A DNA stretch of 56,856 nucleotides, taken from contig CAZVAN010000002.1 of the NCBI GenBank assembly GCA_964625245.1, positions 1 to 56,856 of the forward strand. Direction: 5' to 3'. Positions 7,649 to 18,530 of this stretch are shown here, piece after piece; within the stretch, counting starts at the first letter, position 1; the number at the start of each line of letters is the position of its first letter. The position numbers and the translations under genes were made by a program. The notes under the pieces are model-generated. The model made no database searches. It saw only the letters and a program-made list of their open reading frames with translations, and was not told the DNA's origin. This DNA is from an uncultured Candidatus Saccharibacteria bacterium. GTDB lineage: Bacteria; Patescibacteriota; Saccharimonadia; Saccharimonadales; UBA10212.

Positions 7649-10600
7649 TTAGCGCACTATCACATTTGTGGAGCCGAAGATTTTGGCTAGTTCTCGCACG
7701 CTCTCCTCATTGATAGCAATCGTTTGCGGCAGTTTTATAGCCTGCTTGCTGGAACTCGCTCCTGTGACCAAAACAACTTCATTGTCGCCGGCAAAACCGT
7801 CCAACTTTTCTTTAAGACTTAGGAGCATGGGCTGATTAGAGCTATCTTCCATTCTGATAAAGACTTTCGGCGGTAAATCTTTTTTAGGCATAGGCGGGGT
7901 TTTGGCCCGCCCACCTATATAGGCCGTCTGCTTAGTAATTGAGTACAGCTGTCCCTTTGGCTGGTAGTTTTTGGCCTCAGCAAGCTCAATCAAACGGGCT
8001 TCCTCAAGCATCAGCTTTGGTCCATCATCGCGCGATACATCAATCCGGCCACTGGCCAAGATAATTTTGTCTTTCTGCCATACCGGCCTGGTGCTGTCGA
8101 AAATTTTGGGAAAAACTACTACCTCCATTTCACCGGCGGCGTCGGCTATTTTAACAAAAGCCATCTTACTACCATTTTTGGTTGTTATCTCGCGAATATC
8201 GTTAATAAAGCCGCCAATACTGACGTTCTTCTCGGCTAAAGATTCGTTTATCTGGCTGATTGGCAGGGCAATTTCAGATAGTAGTACTTCATAGTCCTCT
8301 AACGGGTGGTGACTTAAATAAAGCCCCAGTAGTTCCCTTTCCCATGCCAGCTGAGTATGAGTCTCCACGTCCTGAGCCGGTACTGACAGAACCAATTTTG
8401 ACGGCGCCATATCAACCGATTCACCGAAAAGATCAACCTGCCCACTGCTGGCTGATTTTTGGTATTGGTTGGCTAGGTTAAGAATGTTATCAATATTGGC
8501 AAGCAGTACTACACGCTCCGAAAAATCGTCCATAGCCCCGGATTTTATGAGACTTTCCAGAGCCTTGCGGTTAACTATCCGGCAGTTCACATTTTTACAA
8601 AAGTCTTCAATGGATTTAAATTTGCCGCCAAGCGTTTGCCGAGCCCGGAGAATTTCTTCAACCGCACCGTGGCCAACGTTTTTTATGGCGTCCATGCCGA
8701 AGCGGATCTGAAATTTTTCCGGAACGACAGCGAACTCGTGAAATGATTCATTAACACTTGGCGCTAGAACTTCTATGCCCATGTGTTTACATTCGGCGAT
8801 TTCAATGCTCAAACGGTCAATATTGTCATAGTCGCTAGTCATAACAGCCGCCATGTAGGCGTCTGGGTAATTGGCTTTAAGATAGGCCGTTTGGTAGGCA
8901 ATAAGGCCATAGCAAGCCGAGTGCACTTTATTAAAACAATAAGCCGCGAATTCTTCCAGCTGCAGCCAGAGTTTTTCAATCAACCGGCGGTCGGCTCCGA
9001 CAGTTTTGATGGCGCCTTCGATAAATTCGTTTTTCATTTTGGCCATAACTTCTGGAATTTTTTTGCCGATGGCTTTTCGCAATGTATCAGCCTGTCCACC
9101 AGTGAAGCCGCATAAATCCTTGCTAATTTGCATAACCTGTTCCTGGTAGACAATAATGCCGTAGGTGTTTTCAAGCGAGGCTTTCATGGCCGGGTGCAGA
9201 TACTCAATTTTTTTAGTGCCATGTTTTCTAGCAATGAAGTCATCTATCCACTGCATTGGACCGGGACGATAAAGTGCCACCATGGCGATAATGTCTTCAA
9301 AAACCGTAGGTTTGAGTTGCTTGAGGTAACGCTTCATGCCAGCCGACTCAAGCTGGAAGACGCCGGTCGTATCACCCCGCTGAAGTAGCTCAAAAGTTCG
9401 CTTGTCGTCCAAAGGGATATCTTCAATCCGAATATCCTTGCCGTGAACCTTTTTTATAATTCGCAGCGTATTTTTAATGGTTGTTAGGTTTGAGAGTCCC
9501 AAAAAGTCCATCTTAAGCAGCCCCAGCTCCTCCACCGGGACCATAGAATATTGAGTGGCGACCACACCCTTCTGAGACATTTCCAGAGGTGTAAACTTGG
9601 TTAGCTTGTCGGGCGCTATAACTACACCAGCGGCGTGAACGCCGTGACTGCGAATCGTCCCTTCTAGCTTTGTAGCCAGGTCAAAAACCTTGGCCGACTG
9701 GGCATTGTTATTATTCTCAGCCAGTAGTTCCGGAATGGCTTTGAGTGACTTGGCCAGGGGTGTATGCCGGCCCTGAACCGGCGGCGGAATCATTTTTGCC
9801 AGCCGATCAGCATCGGCATAAGGCACCTGTAAAACTCTAGCTACATCGCGTACTGAGTTTCTAGCCGCCATCCGGCCAAAAGTTACGATATTGGCCACTT
9901 TGTCGTGACCATACTTGTCTAGACAGTATTCAATAACCTCATCGCGCCGGGTGTCTTGGATATCGATATCCATATCCGGCATGCTGATACGGTCGGGATT
10001 CAGAAAACGTTCGAAAAGTAGATCGTATTTAAGCGGGTCGATTTCGGTGATTCTAAGAGCGTAGGCCAAGATAGAACTGGCAGCGCTACCGCGTCCTGGT
10101 CCAAAAACAATTCCGTTATCTTTACCCCAGTTTATAAAATCTTGGACTATCAAAAAATAGCCGTTAAAGCCCATAGTATTAACCACGTCGAGTTCATACT
10201 CAGCTCTGGCTACGACTTCTTTGCTGAGTTTCTTCTTGGCGCTCGCAATAGTCAATTTACTAAGGTTATTTCTGGGCACTTCGGCATACCGCCAGGCCAG
10301 CCCTTGCCAAACTATGGTTTCCAGGAAATTTTTTTCGGTTTCGTTTTGGGGCGTCGGAAATTTAGGAATTAAGATTTTACCAAGCTCAATCTGGACATCG
10401 CAGCGGTCGGCGATTGCTCTCGTGTTTAATATTAGTTCCGGATTAGTGCTGCCCCAACGTTTGATAATCTCTTTAGGCTCAGCCACGTGTAGTTCAAATT
10501 GCTTTAAACTAAAACGGTTTTCGTCAGACAAAAAAGCACCCGTCTGAACGCAGAGCAATATTTCATGGGCTTCCTGGTCTTCGTGGTTTAGGTAGTGAGC

Positions 10601-11269
10601 ATCACAGGTGACAACAGCCTGAATATCCAGTTCGTGCGCTAGCTTTAACAATTTGTCGTTAACTCGGGTCTGGTCCTTCCAGGCTGTGGGGTGGTTGGGG
10701 TGGCCGTGGTCTTGGAGCTCAATATAATACCGATCACCAAGAAGCTGCTTGTACCACTGGGCGGTTTTTTTGGCCAAATCATATTGGCCCTGGCGCAGGG
10801 CATCACTGACTTCGCCGCCGATGCACCCAGATAGAATTATTAGACCTTGGTTGTACTTTTCCAGCAGCGCTTTATCAATTCTGGGACGGTAATAAAAGCC
10901 GTCAAGATTAGCAATGGAAGCCAGATTCATCAAGTTTTCATAGCCAATATTATCCATAGCCAGAATCGTTAGGTGGTAGTACTGCCGGTCGTGGGCCGGA
11001 TCTTTGTCGGTATGGCTCCGTGCTGCCACGTAGGCCTCCATGCCAATGACCGGCTTGATGCCTTTATCGCGAGCTGCTTCATAGAACTCGATAGCGCCGC
11101 TCATAGTGCCATGGTCAGTCACGGCAACGGCCTGCATCCCCAACTGCTTTACTTTTTTTACAAGCGCCGGCACTTTGGTTAAGCCATCGAGCAGACTGTA
11201 TTGGGTATGGTTGTGCAGATGCACATAATCACTAGCTTTTAGTTTTGCCCTCTCACTCATTAACTCCAT
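7649..11269 (-). CDS. dnaE: DNA polymerase III alpha subunit
   Basis: 1206 aa with a PHP domain (HLHNHTQYSLLDG), polymerase core and OB fold. Confidence 0.95.
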   Translation of the reverse strand: MELMSERAKLKASDYVHLHNHTQYSLLDGLTKVPALVKKVKQLGMQAVAVTDHGTMSGAIEFYEAARDKGIKPVIGMEAYVAARSHTDKDPAHDRQYYHLTILAMDNIGYENLMNLASIANLDGFYYRPRIDKALLEKYNQGLIILSGCIGGEVSDALRQGQYDLAKKTAQWYKQLLGDRYYIELQDHGHPNHPTAWKDQTRVNDKLLKLAHELDIQAVVTCDAHYLNHEDQEAHEILLCVQTGAFLSDENRFSLKQFELHVAEPKEIIKRWGSTNPELILNTRAIADRCDVQIELGKILIPKFPTPQNETEKNFLETIVWQGLAWRYAEVPRNNLSKLTIASAKKKLSKEVVARAEYELDVVNTMGFNGYFLIVQDFINWGKDNGIVFGPGRGSAASSILAYALRITEIDPLKYDLLFERFLNPDRISMPDMDIDIQDTRRDEVIEYCLDKYGHDKVANIVTFGRMAARNSVRDVARVLQVPYADADRLAKMIPPPVQGRHTPLAKSLKAIPELLAENNNNAQSAKVFDLATKLEGTIRSHGVHAAGVVIAPDKLTKFTPLEMSQKGVVATQYSMVPVEELGLLKMDFLGLSNLTTIKNTLRIIKKVHGKDIRIEDIPLDDKRTFELLQRGDTTGVFQLESAGMKRYLKQLKPTVFEDIIAMVALYRPGPMQWIDDFIARKHGTKKIEYLHPAMKASLENTYGIIVYQEQVMQISKDLCGFTGGQADTLRKAIGKKIPEVMAKMKNEFIEGAIKTVGADRRLIEKLWLQLEEFAAYCFNKVHSACYGLIAYQTAYLKANYPDAYMAAVMTSDYDNIDRLSIEIAECKHMGIEVLAPSVNESFHEFAVVPEKFQIRFGMDAIKNVGHGAVEEILRARQTLGGKFKSIEDFCKNVNCRIVNRKALESLIKSGAMDDFSERVVLLANIDNILNLANQYQKSASSGQVDLFGESVDMAPSKLVLSVPAQDVETHTQLAWERELLGLYLSHHPLEDYEVLLSEIALPISQINESLAEKNVSIGGFINDIREITTKNGSKMAFVKIADAAGEMEVVVFPKIFDSTRPVWQKDKIILASGRIDVSRDDGPKLMLEEARLIELAEAKNYQPKGQLYSITKQTAYIGGRAKTPPMPKKDLPPKVFIRMEDSSNQPMLLSLKEKLDGFAGDNEVVLVTGASSSKQAIKLPQTIAINEESVRELAKIFGSTNVIVR

Positions 11270-11279
11270 TATAAATTAA

Positions 11280-11307
11280 GAGTCGCGTTTGTGGTGCGAC
11301 TCTTTTT
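11280..11307. terminator. Bidirectional terminator-like hairpin between the ytxH-like gene and dnaE
   Basis: Stem gagtcgc/gcgactc with a 9-nt loop. It has TTTTT on the plus side and UUAAUUUAU on the minus side. Confidence 0.5.
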
Positions 11308-11327
11308 AACAACGCTTATGAACTTAG

Positions 11328-11744
11328 TTAGCTTTTCAGGTATTTACTAAGATTTTTTTGAGCCAGCTTAACTTGCTTAACTGCTTTTGCCAGTTCGGGG
11401 TCGCTGCTCTGACCGGCACGGAAGGCCTTTAGTACTTCGCTGGCTTTATTTTGGGCGTCACGCGCCTTAATTACGGTTTCGTCAAACTCTTCGCGAGCTT
11501 TAGCGCTCAAGCTAATAGATTTAGTCTTGGCAATCTTAATAGCCTCACTCAGCTCATCAACGCCGTTTTGGAGATGCTCAGCAGCCTCGTTTTTGAGGTC
11601 TCCGGCTTTATTGGCTAAATCTTTGCGGGTCTGGTTCCCGCTTTTTGGCGCGGTTAAGATTCCGGCAACGTAACCGGCTAAACCGCCAACAACGGCTCCG
11701 ACGGCTAATTTTTTCTTGGTATTCTGCTTTTTCTGGTATCTCAT
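11328..11744 (-). CDS. YtxH domain protein
   Basis: N-terminal GAVVGGLAGYVAGILTAPKSG followed by long helical repeats. Confidence 0.75.
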   Translation of the reverse strand: MRYQKKQNTKKKLAVGAVVGGLAGYVAGILTAPKSGNQTRKDLANKAGDLKNEAAEHLQNGVDELSEAIKIAKTKSISLSAKAREEFDETVIKARDAQNKASEVLKAFRAGQSSDPELAKAVKQVKLAQKNLSKYLKS

Positions 11745-11748
11745 ATTT

Positions 11749-12015
11749 CTAGCCTTTCCTACGGTTATATTTAGATGCCTGATTAACGATATTGCTAACT
11801 AGTTTTAGAAACGCTAGTGGTGACGCAACTTTTCCTATGTTATTTGCCGCTGTTTCCACCGATTCGGCCACAATCTCGGCGTGATCGGTAATCCGCCTTA
11901 GTTGTTTGATAAATTTAATAAAGTAGACCAGAGCGATAATCGCCGAGATTAAGAAAATTGCTAGAACCGTACTGACAATGATAACTAGAATTGAAGCAGC
12001 ATTATTTATATCCAT
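11749..12015 (-). CDS. DUF948-like small membrane protein
   Basis: 88 aa with one TM helix and a helical tail. The pairing with YtxH is typical. Confidence 0.6.
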   Translation of the reverse strand: MDINNAASILVIIVSTVLAIFLISAIIALVYFIKFIKQLRRITDHAEIVAESVETAANNIGKVASPLAFLKLVSNIVNQASKYNRRKG

Positions 12016-12030
12016 AAAGGTAGTATAGAA

Positions 12031-12927
12031 CTAATTTCCGAGTGTTTGCAAATATTCCCTGAAGTCGTCGCCCACCTCTTGATTGTCGAGAGCGAAATCA
12101 ACTAGCGTTTTTAGATACCCGAGCTTGTTGCCGGTATCGTAATACTTACCCCCAACAATGTTACACCCGTAAAATGGCAGACCGGCTCGTATCATAGGTT
12201 CCAGCACAAAAGAGGTTAAGTAAAACTCATCGCCTTCCTTGAGTAAATCTAGGCCCTTATTAACGTAAGAAAAGACGTCCGGCGTAAGTAAGTAGCTGCT
12301 CACAGTAGCCATGTTTGAAGGTGCGTTTTCACGGCCTGGTTTTTCAACCAATTCACCAATCTTAAGAACGCCCGGTTTAACCTCCGTGCCGGCAATTACT
12401 CCATATCGGTCAAAGTCTTGGTCGTCGTGGATTTCTATGCACGAGAGTATGGAGCCGTTCAGTTCGTTGTAGTGATCAATCATTTGTAAGAACCGGTTAG
12501 GCTTCGCAACAATCATATCGTCAGCAAAAGTGTAGATAAACGGTTCATCGCCAACCAGATGCGAGACATTCAGAATTGGCCTGGCGCTGCCATAAGGGCC
12601 TTTGGGTTGGCGGACATAGGCAAAATTGACCATGGTAGAAATCTTGTTCAAACTTTTGAGAAGTTCGTCTTTACCACTTTGTTTTAGGCTGGCTTTTAAG
12701 TCGGTATTGACGTCATCAAAATGATCCTCGATGGAGCGCTTATGATATCCGGTGACAATAATTACGTCCTGGATGCCCGCCTCGGCTAGCTCTTCAACCA
12801 CATATTGGATTATCGGTTTGTCTACTAGTGGCAGCATTTCTTTGGGCATGGCTTTAGTCTGAGGCAATAGGCGTGTACCCAGTCCTGCAGCCGCCACAAC
12901 CGCTTTTCTAACTTTTTTATTCGACAT
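12031..12927 (-). CDS. galU: UTP-glucose-1-phosphate uridylyltransferase
   Basis: AAGLGTRLLPQTKAMPKEMLPLVDKPIIQYVVEE. Confidence 0.9.
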   Translation of the reverse strand: MSNKKVRKAVVAAAGLGTRLLPQTKAMPKEMLPLVDKPIIQYVVEELAEAGIQDVIIVTGYHKRSIEDHFDDVNTDLKASLKQSGKDELLKSLNKISTMVNFAYVRQPKGPYGSARPILNVSHLVGDEPFIYTFADDMIVAKPNRFLQMIDHYNELNGSILSCIEIHDDQDFDRYGVIAGTEVKPGVLKIGELVEKPGRENAPSNMATVSSYLLTPDVFSYVNKGLDLLKEGDEFYLTSFVLEPMIRAGLPFYGCNIVGGKYYDTGNKLGYLKTLVDFALDNQEVGDDFREYLQTLGN

Positions 12928-12929
12928 TG

Positions 12930-14387
12930 CTAAACTGCTCCTAGCTGTTTCTTAATTAACTCAACGGCCACTCCGGGGTTAGCTTTACCGGCACTGGCGG
13001 CCATGACCTGCCCGACCAAAAAGCCTATGGCCTTTTGCTCGCCTTTTTTAACATCCTCAGCAGCCTTGGGATTATCGGCAATTACCTTAACTACGATTTT
13101 CTCAATTTCAGCCTCATCAGAAATCTGGATTAAGTTTTTCTCATTGGCAATAACTTCTGGATCCTGAGCAGTATTTAGCATTTCCCAAAATACGTCCATG
13201 GCGGCTGTGGAGCTGAGTTTATTTTCGCCAACCATTTTGGATAATTTTATGAAGTGGTCGGTGCTATGTTCAAGCTGACTAGATACGTCTTGGGTGCCGT
13301 CGTTAAGCGTATCGGTAGCGTGCACAAACCAGAGGGCTACGCGCCGGGCGTCCTCGGGCTCGGCCTTCTCCGCAATCTGCAAAACTTGCTTGACGATAAC
13401 CGGGGAGTCAAGGATATCCTCAGCCACCTTGTCGTTAAGCTTAAGCTTGGCAAGCTGCACGCGGATGGCCGGCGGTAGCATTGGTAATTCTTTTTTTATT
13501 CCGGCCAAATAACTATCTTCAAGCTGCAGCGGCGGAACGTCAGGTTCTGGCATGTAGCGGTAGTCTTCGGCCTCTTCTTTACTGCGCTGGCTGGTTGTCT
13601 TTTGTTTGGCTTCGTCCCAACCGCGAGTTTCCTGGACCACTTGCTCACCTTTTTCGCTCAGTTCAATTTGGCGGTTTATCTCATGCTCCACAGCGGCTTC
13701 AACGCTACGAAAACTATTCAGGTTCTTAGTCTCGGTTCGTTTGCCAAGCTCGCTGGATTTACTGACGCTGACATTAACATCAAAGCGCATATTGCCGTGG
13801 TACAAGTCAACATCGCTAACATCGGCGTATTTCATTAGAAGGTAAAGCTCCCTGGCAAATGCTTTGGCCTCGGCCGGACTGCTCATATCCGGCTCGCTAA
13901 CAATCTCCAGCAGTGGCGTGCCGGCCCGGTTTAGGTCTACCAGTGAGTAGTCGACGCCTGCCGGATGGATATTTTTACCTGCATCTTCCTCAAGATGAGC
14001 CCGGGTGATACCGATAGTTTTCTTTTGCCCGTCAACCGTAATTTCAACCTGGCCTCCCTTGATAATCGGGTTTGCGTACTGGGTAATCTGGTAACCCTTA
14101 GGTAAATCCGGGTAAAAATAGTGCTTCCGGTCAAAGTGGCTGAATTTCTCCGCGATGGTTCCAAGTGCATAAGCGGCACGAACTGCTAAGTGTATGGCGC
14201 CTTCATTGAGCACTGGCAAGGCCCCCGGCATACCCACGCAGATGTGGCTGATTAGCGTATTGGGCTCCGCCTCCCGGGCGTCATTACCTACTGCCGCGAA
14301 TAGCTTAGTCTTAGTTTTAAGCTGAACATGCGTTTCAATACCGATTGTCGCCTTATATTTGCTGCGTTTATCTTCTGAGACTGCCAT
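12930..14387 (-). CDS. gatB: Asp/Glu-tRNA amidotransferase subunit B
   Basis: 485 aa with IGIETHVQL and YFYPDLPKGYQITQ. Confidence 0.95.
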   Translation of the reverse strand: MAVSEDKRSKYKATIGIETHVQLKTKTKLFAAVGNDAREAEPNTLISHICVGMPGALPVLNEGAIHLAVRAAYALGTIAEKFSHFDRKHYFYPDLPKGYQITQYANPIIKGGQVEITVDGQKKTIGITRAHLEEDAGKNIHPAGVDYSLVDLNRAGTPLLEIVSEPDMSSPAEAKAFARELYLLMKYADVSDVDLYHGNMRFDVNVSVSKSSELGKRTETKNLNSFRSVEAAVEHEINRQIELSEKGEQVVQETRGWDEAKQKTTSQRSKEEAEDYRYMPEPDVPPLQLEDSYLAGIKKELPMLPPAIRVQLAKLKLNDKVAEDILDSPVIVKQVLQIAEKAEPEDARRVALWFVHATDTLNDGTQDVSSQLEHSTDHFIKLSKMVGENKLSSTAAMDVFWEMLNTAQDPEVIANEKNLIQISDEAEIEKIVVKVIADNPKAAEDVKKGEQKAIGFLVGQVMAASAGKANPGVAVELIKKQLGAV

Positions 14388-14803
14388 CAGATAGCCCCCA
14401 GGTCTTTTAAGCCCTGACGGAATCCCTGTAGGGCATTCTGAGCTTCAGATTTTTTGAGTTTTACCCCCGGCTCATGAACCAGGCGGTTCCGTAGTTTGTG
14501 AGCGTACCAAACGGCGTCGTTGTCGCTCAGCGAACGCTGGGCAGATACCAGCCGCTCACCAGCCGTTTTCCCTTTAAAATGACGCTTCTTCAAGGCTTCA
14601 TCAAGCAGCTTGTCGGCGTCAATGACCGCCAGGACCATGCCCTCCGGCGATGACTTAACCCGGGCCAGAAGTTCCATCCAGTGGTTTTGGAAATACTCCT
14701 GGTTGAGACCCCGTTTTTGACTGCCATATCTGGGACCAACTCTAGCTATGACGACCAAAACTACAATCCCGAATAATATGGCGCCAACTAAAAATAGTGT
14801 CAT
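14387..14803 (-). CDS. Membrane-anchored 138-aa protein with an RNxxxH (HEPN-like) motif, embedded in gatCAB
   Basis: ATGA overlap with the gatA stop and TGATG overlap with the gatB start. N-terminal TM helix, a predicted helical bundle, and the motif AHKLRNRLVHE. Confidence 0.6.
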   Translation of the reverse strand: MTLFLVGAILFGIVVLVVIARVGPRYGSQKRGLNQEYFQNHWMELLARVKSSPEGMVLAVIDADKLLDEALKKRHFKGKTAGERLVSAQRSLSDNDAVWYAHKLRNRLVHEPGVKLKKSEAQNALQGFRQGLKDLGAI

Positions 14804-16221
14804 TTGCCAAGTCCCTCAAAGGTCTTAGCCGCTGACAGTAACTGTCGATCACTCTTATAGTCAGCTATCATTTGCAGCCCAACCGGCAAGCCGTTGGCAT
14901 TGCCAGCCGGCAGGCTGATGCTTGGATTGCCAGAGATATTGGCGGCCACGGTCATTATGTCGGTTAGGTACATTTGCAATGGGTCCTGGGTGCGTTCGCC
15001 AATTTTAAAAGCCGTCATCGGGGCCGTAGGTCCAACCAAAAAATCATACTTCTTGAAGGCTTCGTCAAATTCCCGTCTAACCTTAGTCCGCACCGTCTGC
15101 GCTTTTTTATAATAGGCCTCGTAGTAGCCGCTAGATAGAACGTATGTGCCGATCATAATCCGTCGCTTGGCCTCGGCCCCAAAGCCTTTTTCTCTTGATA
15201 GCTCATAGCTCTCCTGCAGGTTTTTAGCCGCCGGGTCACTGAAACCATAGCGCTGGCCGTCATAGCGAGCCAAGTTACTGCTGACCTCGGCTGGGCAAAT
15301 AATATAGTAGGCGGCCAAGGCCAGCGGTACATTTGGCAGGCTAACTTCCTCAACCACGGCTCCACCAGCTACCAATTGACCTACAGCATCATCAATTCGC
15401 TGTCTTACCCCCGCGTCCAACCCCTCACCAAAATATTCTTTAATTATGCCGATTTTTTTGCCCCGAAGATCAAGCCCCTTATCAACGTAAGTCTTGCCGT
15501 CGCGTTCAATGGTTGTAGAGTCCAGTTCGTCGCGGCCAGCCATAACGTCGAGCACCAGCGCAGCATCATCAACCGTTCGAGCCAGAGGCCCAACCACATC
15601 AGTGCTGCTGGCCATGGCAATAACGCCGCTGCGGCTAACCAGTCCGTAGCTGGGTTTGTAGCCGACTACACCGCAAAAGCTGGCCGGCAAGCGGATAGAA
15701 CCGCCGGTATCAGTCCCCAGAGCAAACGGAACAATGCCCAGCGCCACGGCCGCGGCCGACCCACCAGAACTGCCCCCTGGTACACGCTGCTTGTCGGCAG
15801 GGTGCTTGGTCACAAAAAAGTCGCTGTTTTCGGTGCTGCTGCCGTGGGCAAAAGCATCCAGATTAGACTTAGCAATACAAATCGCCCCCTCGGCCTCCAG
15901 GCGGTTTATGGCCGTAGCCTGGTATGGTGATTCAAAGGGCTTAAGTATGTTGCTGGCGGCGGTGGTTTTGCCGTTAAACGTTAAGAAGTTGTCTTTGGCT
16001 ATAAAGGGTACACCAGCCAGCCGACCTACGCTCTGGCCTTTTTTAACCATCTCATCGATGGCTTGAGCGCGGGCCATAGCTCTATCGTTGGTTAAGGATA
16101 TGACGGCATCATACTCTTTGTTTTGCTCAACGGCCTTTAAGGCTTGCTCAACCAGCTTCGTGGCAAGCAGTTCCCCCGACTGGACCTTGGCAGCGATTTG
16201 CGAAATTGAGGGCCAGTCCAT
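14800..16221 (-). CDS. gatA: Glu-tRNA(Gln) amidotransferase subunit A
   Basis: Amidase signature GGSSGGSAAAVA. Confidence 0.95.
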   Translation of the reverse strand: MDWPSISQIAAKVQSGELLATKLVEQALKAVEQNKEYDAVISLTNDRAMARAQAIDEMVKKGQSVGRLAGVPFIAKDNFLTFNGKTTAASNILKPFESPYQATAINRLEAEGAICIAKSNLDAFAHGSSTENSDFFVTKHPADKQRVPGGSSGGSAAAVALGIVPFALGTDTGGSIRLPASFCGVVGYKPSYGLVSRSGVIAMASSTDVVGPLARTVDDAALVLDVMAGRDELDSTTIERDGKTYVDKGLDLRGKKIGIIKEYFGEGLDAGVRQRIDDAVGQLVAGGAVVEEVSLPNVPLALAAYYIICPAEVSSNLARYDGQRYGFSDPAAKNLQESYELSREKGFGAEAKRRIMIGTYVLSSGYYEAYYKKAQTVRTKVRREFDEAFKKYDFLVGPTAPMTAFKIGERTQDPLQMYLTDIMTVAANISGNPSISLPAGNANGLPVGLQMIADYKSDRQLLSAAKTFEGLGK

Positions 16222-16512
16222 TTAAAGCACCCTTCTAACCTTGAATTGACCGTCCTGAGTAGCCGGAGCGTTTTTTAAGAGGTCGTTTTGGCTGAGATTA
16301 TATTCCCTTACTACATCGCTACGTGTGATATTCGCCAGCCCCGTAACTTGGTAGGTGGGTTCAAGGCCAGTTGTATCAACGGCGTTGAGTTTTTCGACAT
16401 AGTCCAGTATCTCCGAGAGCTCAGTGCGGAATTTTTCAACTTCTTCATCAGTTAGCTTTAGCCGACTTAATTTGGCCAATTTCAAGACGTCTTCGCGAGA
16501 TAGTTTACTCAT
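16222..16512 (-). CDS. gatC: Glu-tRNA(Gln) amidotransferase subunit C
   Basis: 96 aa, directly abutting the gatA start, with the typical GatC N-terminus (V..LAKLSRLKLTDEE). Confidence 0.85.
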   Translation of the reverse strand: MSKLSREDVLKLAKLSRLKLTDEEVEKFRTELSEILDYVEKLNAVDTTGLEPTYQVTGLANITRSDVVREYNLSQNDLLKNAPATQDGQFKVRRVL

Positions 16513-16552
16513 GACTTATCCTTTAATTATAGCAAAGTAGAAGTGTTTTTAT

Positions 16553-18514
16553 CTAAAGCTTGGCTTTGATCTCGCCAATGAGGTCTCGCAGGTCGGCGGC
16601 TTTTTCAAATTCCAAATTGGCAGCGGCCAGATCCATTTGCGAAGTTAAGTCTTTTATAAGGTGCTTGTACTCGTCTTTAGGAATTTTCTTAAGATCAATC
16701 TTAGGCTTTTCTTCCTTTTCAACTGACCTGGGTAGCATCTCACCAATTTCGCGGCTAATGCCAGTGGCTGTGATGCCGTGCTTTTTGTTGTGAGCGGCTT
16801 GAATCTTCCGGCGACGGTTAGTTTCGTCAATCGTTCGCTGCATACTACCGGTAATTCGATCGGCGTACATGATAACGCGGCCTTCCTCGTGGCGGGCGGC
16901 CCGGCCAACGGTCTGGATTAGGGCCTGCTCGGATCTAAGAAAACCTTCTTTGTCGGCATCAAGTATAGCCACCAGGCTGACTTCAGGTAAATCGAGTCCC
17001 TCGCGCAGCAGGTTAATGCCGACCAGGGCGTCATAAACTCCAAGTCGCAGATCGCGCAGAATATCAGTCCGCTCTAGAGTATCTATTTCGCTATGGATAT
17101 AGGCTACCTTGAGGTTGAGCTCTTTGAGGTACTCGCTCAAATCCTCGCTCATGCGCTTGGTCAGAGTCGTGACTAAAACCCGTTGGCCCTTTTCAATGGT
17201 TGTCCGGATTTCAGCAATTAAGTCGTCTACTTGGCCTTCAACGGGACGGACTTCGATCTTCGGGTCAAGTAGGCCAGTTGGCCTAATTACCTGCTGGGCT
17301 GGGGCCGGGCTGCGCGAAAGTTCGTACTCAGCCGGCGTGGCGCTAACAAAGACCGTCTGGTTCATGTGACGTTCAAACTCCGTGAAAGTTAGCGGCCGGT
17401 TATCAAGAGCGCTGGGCAAACGAAAACCGTGTTCTACCAGGACTTCTTTGCGCGCTCGGTCGCCGTTATACATACCGCGGACCTGTGGGATGGTCATGTG
17501 TGATTCATCAACCACTAGCAGGTAATCATCTGGGAAATAGTCCATTAGCGTCGCCGGCTGCTCACCTTCCTCACGATTAGTTAGGTAGCGGCTATAGTTC
17601 TCAATGCCTTTCACAAAGCCGGTTTGCTCCAGCATCTCGATGTCGAACTTAACACGTTGCTCCAGGCGCTGAGCTTCAATTAGCTTCCCCTCGGATTTGA
17701 ATAGAGCCAAACGTTGCTCGGTTTCTTCGCGTATTTTTATCAGCGCCTTTTGCAGCTTTTCATTCGGCGTTACGTAGTGGCTGCCTGGGAAAATGGTTTT
17801 TTCTTCTAAGTTGGCTTCAATCTCGCCGGTGAGCGGGTTTATTTGGGTTATACGCTCAATTTGGTCGCCAAAAAATTCCACTCGGTAAGCCGCTTCTTCG
17901 CCGGCTGGGAAAATGTCGACCACATCGCCGCGCACACGGAAGGTGCTGCGATGGAAGTCTATGTCGTTACGGGTATATTGGATGTCGTTTAGTAGCCGCA
18001 GGAGTTTGTCGCGCAGACGGCGCTCGCCCCGCTTTAGCTTCACCGCCATGTTTCCGTAGTCTTCAACCGAACCGATGCCGTAGATGCAAGATACGCTAGC
18101 CACAATAATTACATCGTTGCGCGAAAGCAGTGAAGCCGTAGCGGCGTGACGCAGGCGGTCAATTTCCTCGTTTATGTCGCTGTCTTTTTCAATGTAGGTA
18201 TCACTTCTTGGAATGTAAGCTTCCGGCTGATAATAATCAAAATAACTTACAAAGTAATGGACGGCGTTGTCCGGGAAGAACATCCGAAATTCATTATAAA
18301 GCTGGGCCGCCAAGGTTTTGTTGTGGCTTAGTATTAGAGTAGGCTTTTGAACATTTTGGATTAGATTAGCAACCGTAAATGTTTTGCCGCTGCCAGTTAC
18401 GCCAAGCAGGGTCTGGTTTTTTTCACCTTTGTTTAAGCCGTCAGTAAGAGTGGCGATAGCGCTGGGCTGGTCACCAGTTGGTTTATAGTCGCTCTTAAGA
18501 TGGAATTTGGCCAT
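16553..18514 (-). CDS. uvrB: Excinuclease ABC subunit B
   Basis: 653 aa with [10 protein letters not shown], helicase motifs and a C-terminal UVR domain. Confidence 0.95.
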   Translation of the reverse strand: MAKFHLKSDYKPTGDQPSAIATLTDGLNKGEKNQTLLGVTGSGKTFTVANLIQNVQKPTLILSHNKTLAAQLYNEFRMFFPDNAVHYFVSYFDYYQPEAYIPRSDTYIEKDSDINEEIDRLRHAATASLLSRNDVIIVASVSCIYGIGSVEDYGNMAVKLKRGERRLRDKLLRLLNDIQYTRNDIDFHRSTFRVRGDVVDIFPAGEEAAYRVEFFGDQIERITQINPLTGEIEANLEEKTIFPGSHYVTPNEKLQKALIKIREETEQRLALFKSEGKLIEAQRLEQRVKFDIEMLEQTGFVKGIENYSRYLTNREEGEQPATLMDYFPDDYLLVVDESHMTIPQVRGMYNGDRARKEVLVEHGFRLPSALDNRPLTFTEFERHMNQTVFVSATPAEYELSRSPAPAQQVIRPTGLLDPKIEVRPVEGQVDDLIAEIRTTIEKGQRVLVTTLTKRMSEDLSEYLKELNLKVAYIHSEIDTLERTDILRDLRLGVYDALVGINLLREGLDLPEVSLVAILDADKEGFLRSEQALIQTVGRAARHEEGRVIMYADRITGSMQRTIDETNRRRKIQAAHNKKHGITATGISREIGEMLPRSVEKEEKPKIDLKKIPKDEYKHLIKDLTSQMDLAAANLEFEKAADLRDLIGEIKAKL

Positions 18515-18530
18515 CTCCTAATTGTAGCAA

